Below, piece by piece: positions 6,520 to 16,000 of a stretch of DNA of 25,185 nt (within the stretch, counting starts at the first letter, position 1; the number at the start of each line of letters is the position of its first letter). A model generated the notes under the pieces. That model searched no databases, was not told the DNA's origin, and was given only the letters and a program-made list of their open reading frames with translations. The stretch lies in the IMG/VR virus record IMGVR_UViG_3300025633_000001; one strand, written 5' to 3'. The translations under genes and the position numbers were made by a program. The stretch comes from an uncultured virus (IMG/VR IMGVR_UViG_3300025633_000001) (lineage: Duplodnaviria > Heunggongvirae > Uroviricota > Caudoviricetes).

Positions 6520-7940
6520 CAGTAAATCGCCACCCAGAACGTGGCGTTAGTGTTCGTCGAGCTGCCGATGGTGACGCTGGACGGGAGAGACGACTGGCTT
6601 GTGAGACCTCCGAGCTGCCCGGACCGGAACGTGGCCGGGGAGATCAGCCCGTTGATCAGGGTCGTCGGGAGACCGGACGCGGTGCTCTGGAATTTCGGGA
6701 TCGTCCCGTTGCCGTTGGCGAGCACCGACGCGTAGTTCGCGGCGTTCAGGTAGCTGTAGGTACCGGCCCAGGGGGTGTACTTCATGCCGGTGGTCAGCCA
6801 GGAGAAGTTCGCGGTCGGCGTCATGATCGCGACGCTGACGGTCGTGGGGATCGTGGTGCTCATCGTCAGGCTGGTCGGGCTGGCCACCGACTGGACGGTG
6901 AATGTCCCGGTCACCCCCGCGATGGTGTACTGGGCGCCGACCATCGCGGCGATGAAACCGACAGGGGTCATCGTCTGCGACGTGACCGTGGTCGGAATCA
7001 CGACGGTCGTCGTGAGGCTGGTCGAGCTGGCTACCGCCGAGATCGTGAAAGTGCCGGTCACCCCGGCGATCGTGAACTGCTGCCCGACCATCGAAGCGGT
7101 GAAACCGGTACCGGTGACGGTGGCGCTGGCCGCGGTCGTGGTGACCGTGTAGGTCGTCCCCGGCGCCGTTACGGTGGCGCTTCCAGAGGTCGTGCTGACC
7201 GGGTTGGTTGCACCCGAGCAGTCCGGTGTGGAGGCCCCGAGGTTGCCGCTGGAGTCGTAGACGCTCCAGAAGTTCTCGCCGGCGACCAGGCCGACGCCGG
7301 CGGTGTTGACGTAGTAGGCGATGCCCACTGCGGCCTGCGCTGGGGGGATGATCTTCGTGCCGATGATTTCCCCGAGCACCGTGGCGGTGCTGCTCGACGC
7401 GTAGATAGGGTCGAACGCCCAGCCGGCGAATCCCATGTTGGCGGGGACAACGGACCCGGCGACACCCGGGCCGGTCGGTCCGGCGTTGCCGATGGAGGAG
7501 AGCAGGCTCCAGCCGGTCGCTGGAGCTGACGGTGAGCCGGGTGCCACCCCGGTAGTCCCGGCGATACATATGAACGAGGATCCGAGGTACTGACAGGCGT
7601 CGTTCACCGCGTATGTGGCCGCGCTGGAGTAGGTGCCGCGCCAGTTCAGTCCGGCCGCGCCAGCCGGTCCCGACGGTCCTGTGGGCCCTGCGGGCGCAGC
7701 GACGGACCAGCTGGCCGCGGGGCCTGTTCCGCCTGCCGTGCATATCCAGATCATGCCGGTGCGGTCGGGGACCAGATCCCCGGCCTTCCACGTTCCAGTC
7801 AGCGGGGGCCCGGAGGCGGTGGCACCGCGGAGCCTGTAGCCAAGCGGCGCGCCGGGCAGGCCGCCGTCGATAGTGAGATCGCGGAACTTCCCGCCGATCC
7901 GGCGCAAGCCGTCTAGAAGACCGCTGTTCGCGACGGCCAC
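6519..7940 (-). CDS. Tail fibre/receptor-binding protein B1 (473 aa)
   Basis: Conserved N-terminal module shared with B2; short collagen-like GPTGPSGPAGAAG; CBM5/12-like LNWRGTYSSAATYAVND; internal 49-aa repeat; TAGTG coupling. Confidence 0.8.
   Translation of the reverse strand: MAVANSGLLDGLRRIGGKFRDLTIDGGLPGAPLGYRLRGATASGPPLTGTWKAGDLVPDRTGMIWICTAGGTGPAASWSVAAPAGPTGPSGPAGAAGLNWRGTYSSAATYAVNDACQYLGSSFICIAGTTGVAPGSPSAPATGWSLLSSIGNAGPTGPGVAGSVVPANMGFAGWAFDPIYASSSTATVLGEIIGTKIIPPAQAAVGIAYYVNTAGVGLVAGENFWSVYDSSGNLGASTPDCSGATNPVSTTSGSATVTAPGTTYTVTTTAASATVTGTGFTASMVGQQFTIAGVTGTFTISAVASSTSLTTTVVIPTTVTSQTMTPVGFIAAMVGAQYTIAGVTGTFTVQSVASPTSLTMSTTIPTTVSVAIMTPTANFSWLTTGMKYTPWAGTYSYLNAANYASVLANGNGTIPKFQSTASGLPTTLINGLISPATFRSGQLGGLTSQSSLPSSVTIGSSTNTNATFWVAIY
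6814..7107 (-). repeat. Tandem 147-bp (49-aa) duplication inside fibre B1
   Basis: GFTASMVGQQFTIAGVTGTFT...MTPV followed by GFIAAMVGAQYTIAGVTGTFT...MTPT; gaaaccg ends at 7107 and at 6960. Confidence 0.9.
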
Positions 7941-8364
7941 TAGAAGGACGCCCCGTAGGCGTTGACCTCGACCAGGGAGACGTTCCCCGCGACGGTGGTG
8001 GTGACCACGAGGGATGAGCCCGTAGGCAGCACCAGGTTGTCGTAGGTGTAGCTCTGCTTGACCGGCGCGGCGGTCGTGGACAGGGTGGCGGCGGCTATGG
8101 TTACCGACTCGTGCAGGTGGTAGTTCGTCCCGTCGTAGACGAACACGTTGACCAGGCCCGCGACGGTGGTTCCGGCGGGAATCACGTCGATCTGGGTGAT
8201 CTTCGTGCCGCCCGCCCCGGCCGAGCCGAGAGTCGTGACGTGGGCCGGGGCGGTCCAGGACGTGTCCGCCGTGGACGGGACGAGCCCGGTCCAGGCGACC
8301 GGGGTTACGGCGTATGCGGGCGCGGCGGCCATCAGGGCTCCTTAGACGGCGAAGACGCGGAGGA
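7707..8364 (-). repeat. Diverged direct repeat, copy 1 (about 660 bp)
   Basis: Spans the last codons of the 463-aa gene, the RBS, the whole 130-aa gene and the first 78 codons of fibre B1. Confidence 0.9.
7940..8332 (-). CDS. 130-aa virion adaptor-like protein A1
   Basis: Paralogue of 4848..5240; stop overlaps the GTG of fibre B1. Confidence 0.85.
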   Translation of the reverse strand: MAAAPAYAVTPVAWTGLVPSTADTSWTAPAHVTTLGSAGAGGTKITQIDVIPAGTTVAGLVNVFVYDGTNYHLHESVTIAAATLSTTAAPVKQSYTYDNLVLPTGSSLVVTTTVAGNVSLVEVNAYGASF

Positions 8365-9733
8365 AGTAGGCGGCTGCGGCAGCAGCGGCCCCGGCGGAAT
8401 CGAAAGCGGAGCTCGGCTGGGTCGCGGCAGATCCGAGGCCGAGGCTGGTCACCGCGGAGGTCACGTACGCCGTGGTCGCGAGCTTCGTGGAGTTGTCGGT
8501 GCCGGCCTGCGTCGGCGCGGTGGGTGATCCCGTCAGCGCCGGGGACGACGCCAGGCTGAGCGTGTTTCCGGTCTTGGCCAGCCCCGACCCGGGGAGGACT
8601 TCCCCGGCGCCCGAGAACTGCGTCCAGTTGATCGCGGTCGTGCCGATCGTGAACGGGCCCGCAGCCGCGACGGTGAACCCTGCTCCGGCGTTGGCGGTGC
8701 CCTGCTCCACGAACACGAACGCGCCCGGCACCTGGGAACCGGACGCCATGTCTGCGGCCCTGGTGAGCACGTAAGCGGCCCCGGATGCCCCGGCGGTGGT
8801 GCAGGTGTAGATCCCGTTGTTAGCTGCCGTGGCCTCGTTCTGGACGAGGATCCTGTCGCCGAGCGAGACGGCAAGCCCGTCAACTGTCAGGACGCCGTTC
8901 GCGGTGGCAGTCAGGGCCCCGCTGGCGTAGGTGTTCGACGGCAGGGCCGCAGTCGTGGCTTCCTGTACCGAGGGCTTGACCGAAAGCCCGGAGGCGATGG
9001 CGTCGGCGTAGCTCTTGGTGACCGGGTTCGAGGGGTTGACCGGAGGCGGAACTGTGACCTCGCCGGTAAAAGCCGCCCCGGACAGCGAAGCAGCGCCGAG
9101 GCCGTTCAGCAGTGCCGCGTTGCTGGATTCACTGAGCCCGGTGCCGCCGGCGGTCAGGGCGAGCGGCGTGCTCGATGACGGGAGCTGCCCGAATGCGGCT
9201 GCATCCTGCGCGCCCGACCCGTTGGCGACGTTCGTGATCTTCTTGCTGTTGTTGCTCCAGGCCGCCGCCGGGGGATGCTGGGTGGCGACCACGTCGAGGG
9301 TGCCCGTGGCGACCGTCGGCGTGGTCGTCGGTGTTCCGCTGACCACGATGGACGCGTCGGCGGCGGCAACCGAGGTGACGGTGCCGCTGCCACCTCCGCC
9401 GCTCAGTGTCGCCAGGTAGGCCAGGAATCCCGCCGTGATCGCCTGCTGGACGCTGAACGGGGCCGAGTGGGTGACCGGAGTGGTTCCCTCCGCGCCGCGC
9501 GTCACGGTCCATGTGGTGCCGCTGACGTTGGTTACCGCGATGATCTCGCCGGTCTTGCCCGCGGCCTGGTCGGAGACGTGGAATACCGAGACGCCCGTCG
9601 TCGCCGCGCCGAACATCGCCGACGACGCGACCGTCCATGTCTCGCTGCTGCCCGCCGAGGGCGCGGTCGCGCCTCCTGTGCTGACAGTGGCGACAGCGAA
9701 GTTGGCGGTGAAAAGCTCGGTGAGTGCGGTCAT
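8342..9733 (-). CDS. Tail fibre-like structural protein (463 aa)
   Basis: N-terminal TWTVTRGAEGT domain; YadA-stalk-like KKITNVANG...DAA; GDRILVQNE...NNGIY...LTRAAD virion domain; fibre repeat SPALTGSPTAPT...KLATTAYV. Confidence 0.85.
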   Translation of the reverse strand: MTALTELFTANFAVATVSTGGATAPSAGSSETWTVASSAMFGAATTGVSVFHVSDQAAGKTGEIIAVTNVSGTTWTVTRGAEGTTPVTHSAPFSVQQAITAGFLAYLATLSGGGGSGTVTSVAAADASIVVSGTPTTTPTVATGTLDVVATQHPPAAAWSNNSKKITNVANGSGAQDAAAFGQLPSSSTPLALTAGGTGLSESSNAALLNGLGAASLSGAAFTGEVTVPPPVNPSNPVTKSYADAIASGLSVKPSVQEATTAALPSNTYASGALTATANGVLTVDGLAVSLGDRILVQNEATAANNGIYTCTTAGASGAAYVLTRAADMASGSQVPGAFVFVEQGTANAGAGFTVAAAGPFTIGTTAINWTQFSGAGEVLPGSGLAKTGNTLSLASSPALTGSPTAPTQAGTDNSTKLATTAYVTSAVTSLGLGSAATQPSSAFDSAGAAAAAAAYFLRVFAV

Positions 9734-9794
9734 GCGGAAGCACGCCCTTTCCGGTCACGGCGAGATGGGAGGAACGGGCGGTGCGGAAGGCTGA

Positions 9795-10052
9795 TCAGGA
9801 GACCCAGTTGCCGTCAGGCGGAGGCACTGCGTGGCCGTAGTTGACGCCGAGCCCGGCGGGTGCGATCTGGTAGGTGCCGTTGGGGGCCGCCACCAGGGTT
9901 CCGCCAGCCCCCGTGTCGATGTAGTCGGGGTAGACGAGCGTCTCGCTGCCCTTGTATAGGTGACTGTTCGCGGCGGCTGCGGCGACGACGCTGCCCGGCC
10001 ATGCGGCACCGGGGCATGCAAGGCCCGGCACGGCGGCAGTGGAAAAGCCCAC
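9795..10052 (-). CDS. Small hypothetical virion-associated protein (85 aa)
   Basis: Fills the gap between the tail-tip and fibre genes; AAGGG upstream of GTG; high-GC3 codons. Confidence 0.7.
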   Translation of the reverse strand: MGFSTAAVPGLACPGAAWPGSVVAAAAANSHLYKGSETLVYPDYIDTGAGGTLVAAPNGTYQIAPAGLGVNYGHAVPPPDGNWVS

Positions 10053-10097
10053 GGATTGCCCGCCCTTCTGGAGGTTGACGGGAGGGGCGGGGAGCAG

Positions 10098-13000
10098 CTA
10101 GGACCAGAACCCCCCGGGCGGGACCGGATCCGCGACGACGACGGCAGATCCGGCTACGGATCCCCCGTTCGCGCCATAGCCGATGCTTCGCTCCAGGTGA
10201 GTTATGCGGTAGGTGCCGACAGTCGCCGGGGCCCCGAACGGGGCGTCATATACCTGGATGACGTCTCCGATGCACGCCCCGAGCACAAAGGGCCATGCGG
10301 CCGGATGGCCCGCCGCGCTGATGGTCATCTGGTCAATCCGCCGCTGCAGGGTGGAGAAAGCACTGAACAGCCAGTTCGCCTGGATCTGCTGCTTCGCCGG
10401 GTCCTGGAGGTAGCTCGTGACCTGCTGCTGGCGGTCCCCGTACTGCTGCTGCGCGGCGTTGACGGCCACCGCGCTGGTCGGGGTGAGGACAGGCGGCGTG
10501 CTGCCGTCGGGAGCGTACGGGGTGACCTCGACATCATCGACCACGCGAACGGGATCATTCTGGAACAGGATGTCGCCCTCGAACGGGATCATTCCCGCCG
10601 CGACATTCATTCCGATATGCCAGGCGATAGGGTCGCTATTAAGGTGCGGCCTTTGCCGGTAGAAAAGGTTGCCCTGATTATCGACGTAGAACAGGCCATT
10701 GTCTGACTGGACAATGTTGTTGACGTTCGAGCCCACCTGCGATCCGCCGATATCAAGCGCGGCCTGCACGAGCAGCGGAGCCGGGTCGATGCACCTGCGC
10801 GGGGCCGTGACGTTGCCGTAGCCGAGCAGCCGTTCAAGCCTCTGCCCCACGGTGTCTCCGACCGAGGACGCGATGACAGGCGGCGTGGCCCCGGTCCCGT
10901 CGCCGACCTGGAAGAATCCCACGCCCGTAGCGCCGGACCCGTAGCCGCTGACGAACAGGTCACCGGGGCCGCAGACCACGGCGGCGTGGGTTTCGTTGCC
11001 GAGCTGGTTGCTGGTGTAGACGTTGAAGCCCGGCGCGAACCCGGTCCAGCTGACCCAGCAGGCCAGCCACGTCGACCATGTTGAGGTGGTCGTCCATGCT
11101 GATGGCCCGGACGTGTAAGCCCCCGCTGCAGCCGAGACGACAACGGACATGACGGCGGTCGCCGGGTTGGTGGAGCGGGGAATCGTCGGGGTGATGCCGC
11201 CGTACTCGCCGGCGTAAAGCTGCCCGATCTGAGCCGAGCCGTCCTGGGCGAAGCACGAGGTCTCAAAACCGGCCTGCACCTGGGTTGGCGGGGGCAGCTG
11301 CCCGAAGCCCATGATCGCGGCGTTGAAATGGGCCATCGCCCGGTAGTCGGGCAGCTGGTAGCCGTAGATCGCGAAGTGGCTGATCGCGACGTTGCCGCCG
11401 TGCGCGATGTCCGAGGTGCTGCTGCCGCCCGCGGTGCCCATGTCGCCGTTGAGGATCAGCCACTGCCAGCTGGATGTCATCCCCGTGGCGGTCCCGGAGA
11501 CAGCGGCGGTGACGCCCCCGTCCACGAGCACTTCCCACGTGGTCTGGGTGAGCTTGACGACGTAGGAATGCCAGGTCGCCGACCGCAGGTCCGACCCGGT
11601 GTAGACGGGGTGGCTGGTTGACGTGGTCCCCGAGTAGGTGAGCAGCTGCAGATGGCCGCTGAGGTCAAGCTGGAGCACCGCGACGGGTGCGCTGCCGGTC
11701 GTGATAGCCCACAGGGTCAGCGGGCAGTAAGGCTGCTGGGCCTGGGAGGCACCCGCGGTTGTGGACCCTACGCCGGTCGGGTAGGTGCCTTGGGTGCCGG
11801 AACCCCAGAAGGCCCAGTTGAACCAGCCTTCGTGGGTAACCCCGCTGCTCAGCGGCGGGAAGTCCGGGTCATAGCAGGACAGGAACCAGCCGTAGGAGCC
11901 GGTGTTACCCGATACCTGCGTCTGCTGCCACGCCGCCGAGCCGGGCTGCGCGGTGACCGCGTTCCCCGACTGGGCACTCTCGAGACCCGACTGGGGATCG
12001 CCGTACATCCAGCCGCCGAGAGCGGCCACGGCGTACTGCGCCATGTCCTTATCGAGGCTGGACCCGCCCGCGTCCGCGCCGCAGTTGTGGCCGTTGATCG
12101 TGTAGTTGTCCTGGGGAACCCCGCCGAGCGGGGACAGGATGATGTTCAGGGCGTTCGTGTTGCCGATCGCCGCGTTCCGCATCGACGTGGGCAGCACCCC
12201 GCCGAGTCCCGCCTGGTCGTCCAGCGGCCACCATGCGTAAGGCTGGTCCTGCTGCACCTCGCCGCGGTAGGGCGTGGGGCTGCTCTTGGTGGCGACGCCC
12301 CACAGGTCGGTGAACGTGGCGGCCACGAAGTTGCGCAGTGCCTTGTTGCGCTTCTCGGGCCAGCTCAGCGCGTTCCGGCTTAGCACGTACCAGCGGTTGA
12401 CGACGGTCCCGCCGATCGTTCCGAGTGCGCAGCGAAGCCGTACGGGAGTACCGGTGGTGACCCGCCCCGTGACAGGTGCGGCCGATCCGGCGACTAGCGC
12501 GGCTTCAGCCAGCCAGTACGGCGCCGACGCGGATGGAGTGCCGGCGAACTGGGGCACGATGCTCGCGTGAGTCGCACCCGACGGGGCGGTGACGCCAAGC
12601 TGGGTGACCTGCGTCCACGTCGCTGCCGGTATGGCGGTCGCCGTAACGGCCGAGGTGGAGATCAGGGTGCCGGACGAGTTGAACCACTTGATCGCGGCCT
12701 GTGCTCCGGTCGACCATCCGGCAGGCGAGTAGAACCATGCCGACGCCGAATAGACCTGCCCGGCGGTCACGGGGTCCATCTCGGACTGGGCGCCGGGTGT
12801 GGCCGTCGTCCCGTTCGGGGTTACCTCGCACGAGTAGGTGGCTACCGCGTTCGGAGCCGAGGCGAAGGCGTGCGCGGAGGACTGCGAGAGCGCCGCTCCT
12901 CCCACACCGGTCCACGGGGCGACGCCCATGTAGGGGTAGGGAGCGTTAAAGCTCATGTTGACGTTGAGGGCGTTCGAGTACCACAGGCCGCCCGGATTGC

Positions 13001-16000
13001 TGGGGCTCAGGCTGCCGTCGAAGTTGTCGACCTCGATATCACCGTCGGTGCTCATCAGCTGCGCGAGCTGGTACTGCAATCCGGTCGCCTCATGCCAGGA
13101 CCACAAGCGGTTCGCGAGGCGGATCCACTGAAGCTGATCGGGAGGGGTCTCGAAACCGCCGCCCGGTGCCATCTCGAACCACAGGTACGGCCACGCCGGA
13201 TTCCAGCCGACCGGGATGGGGCTCGGGGCGTTGGACAGCACCCCGATGATGACGCCGGACAGGTCGGTGGTGCTCGCGGTGGCGGTGACCGACGCCGCGC
13301 CCGTGGCCGAGGGGAGCATCGCCGAGGTCAGCACCACATCGGAGACGTGGTTGACGCCGTTGCTCGCGGTGACTGTGCTTAGAGCCGTCCACCCTGATGG
13401 CGCGAACGCCTGCGATGCGGCGGCGGAGTCGCCCGTCACGGCGGCGATGAGGCACGCCGACGCGGGAGGGGCGGGCAGTGCGAGGTTGAGGCTTGTCGCG
13501 GCGTTGGCGAAGTTCGTGAATACCGTGGTGATGGTGTCCCACGGGCCGATCCCCGAGACCTCCAGGACCAGGACGGAGACACCCGCGCACGCCCCGTTGG
13601 GGGCCACGTACACGTCGTTGACCTGCCGGGCGATGTTCGGCGTGTACCAGACACTCGTGCCGGTCCTGCCGGCCGGGCCGGAGACGCCGCCGGGACGCCA
13701 GTACGAGTGGATGTCGTCGCCGTCGCCGAAGTCGACGGACGGGAGCGCGTCGGCCTGATTCCAGCCGATGATCGCGACCAGCCAGTTGCCGGGGGTGCTG
13801 ATGCCCGTCCCGCTGCCGGCATTGCTTGCGCCCGGCGCGAGCGGCACCACGACGGACTCCAGCGCCGGGGGCATATTCCCGAATACGGCGGGCTGGGCGA
13901 ACGTCCCCTTCCACTGGTTGACGATCTGGCTGGTGGCACCCGCCCCGCCCCCGCCACCGCCGCCCGAGGTGGGAGCAGCCAGCGCGGCGATGTAGGCGTT
14001 GTAGACCGACGCGGTGCCCAATGTCAGCGGGGACATCTGGCTCGTGTAGCTGAACCCGGTGTACGAGGTGACGTACGGCGCGACCGCGGTCATGCTGGCC
14101 GCCAGGTCGGACACGTTGATCGGACCGCCGGTCCCGGTGTACAGGTCGCAGTTCTCCCACAGCCCCACGCCGGTCCCGGAGAGCGCCGAGGAGACCGCGC
14201 TGAAGTACGAGGCCATCTGTGCCGGGGTGACATCATTGGATCCGGCGCTGGCATCTCCCGCACCGGACTGCAAGGCGATGATGTCGGGCCGCGCCGATGC
14301 CGTCGAGGGCACGAAAAGCTGGGTGATCATCGCGGCGTACTGGGCCGGGGTCAGCTTCAGGTCCGAGAAATCGGGGCTGACCAGGACCGGGATGCCGGGG
14401 TGGTTCGCGTGGATGTAGCTGACCAGCGCCTGGTAGTAGGTCGCCGCGTTGCCCGCCTGCGCGGATCCGGCCGGGTAGTTGCCGTCGACTTCCTGGCAGA
14501 TGTAGAACCCGCTGATCGCGGTGCCGTACAGCGTGACGAGCTCGTCCGCGACTTTCTCGGTGAACGGCAGGAGGGTGGCCGCGTTGTAGGTCGTGGAGTT
14601 GACGCAGTTCTCGTAGAAGTTGTAGTAGTCGCTCGTGCCGTTGGCGGTGGTGATGCCGAGGCCGAGCCACACCCCCATCGCCGGGGTGGGCTGCGCGGCT
14701 GCGGTGTACAGCGCCGGGACCATCTGCGAGGAGCTGTGCGGGATCGTCGGCGACGGGTAGTAGGCGGTGTTCGCGTAGACGTCAGCGGCCCACTGGAGGA
14801 TCACCGACGTGATCCCCGCCTGCCACATGCCGGTCCCGGCGCCGTAAAGCTCCTGGTTGTACCGGGTCTGGGTCCAGGTGAGGTTGCCGCCCGTGCCCGG
14901 TGCCATGAACGTGGAGGTCAGTCCGGGGCTGATCCCGACGGGCCCGGCGGTGACGGCGTCCTGCTCGAAGGTCACGGCGGTGCTGATGGTGGCGTTGGTG
15001 GCGTTCAGCCACACCCCGGAGATCCCGCTGACCGACTGGACGGCGGCGAGCATCTGCGCCGGCGTTCCGTAGGACGTCGAGATGCCTGTGCTGACCTGCT
15101 GCGCCGATGACGTCGCCCCGGCGGTGACCTGGCTGACGCATGAGGTCACGAACGAGGCGTAGCTGCCGGTCGTGGTCAGCGACTGCGCCTGGATGTGGAT
15201 GACGTCGGCACCCGTGGCGGCTGCGGTCCCGGCGATGTTCGTGCGGGTGTACCACGCCTGGTTGGTCTCCCCGGACATCTTCGGGTTGACGCTGGTCGCG
15301 TCGTTCCCGAGGTCCAGCGCCGGGGCCAGGATGACCTTGTAGCCGTGCGCGTGGGCCAGGGACACGAAGCTGCCCATGTAGGTCCACGGGTCATCGATTT
15401 CGGCCTGCGCGGCAGCCGAGACGTAGGGCGACGGCGGGTTGGGGTTCCACGCCTCGTTGTCGTACATCAGCCACTGGTAGGCGCCGGCGATCGCGACCGG
15501 GGTGTAGGTGACGCCGCTGATAGTCCGGCTCGTGCCGGTGACGTCAGCCCAGAACTGCCCGTAGGAGATGTACTTCAGGCACGGGGTGCAGCTGTACCCC
15601 GACGGGATGCCGGGCGTGGCCTGGCTGTTGCTCAGCCCGAACGACGCCGCCTTGCCGAACAGCGCGTGCGTGGACGTGGTGTCGCCGGCGTCCATGCCGC
15701 TGATGTAGGTGACGTTGGTCATGTACCACAGGGCAGACGGGCCGCTGCCCCCGCTGCTGCCGCCCGGGCTGACGGAAGGCGTGAAGGTGAGCAGGATCGC
15801 CCGCCACACGGCCGAGGTGACTGTCGCCGCCGCGGTGAGCGCCGAACCGGAGGTCGGGTTCGCGGCGTAGGCGCATGTCAGGTACGGGTTCGAGCCTGCG
15901 TGTTCCTGGCCCAGTGAGGTGAACGCCCCCGAGAGCGTCCCCGCGCCGCCGCCGGACTGCCACGCAAAAACGGCCAGCGCCGTTTCCCCGCTGTGCGCCG

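Noticed and set aside
3577..8364. Diversity-generating retroelement (TR/VR pair) or shufflon as the source of the fibre repeats
   Set aside because: Differences are not adenine-specific, the repeats cover whole genes and N-termini rather than a C-terminal VR, they are direct not inverted, and no reverse transcriptase or invertase is in the window
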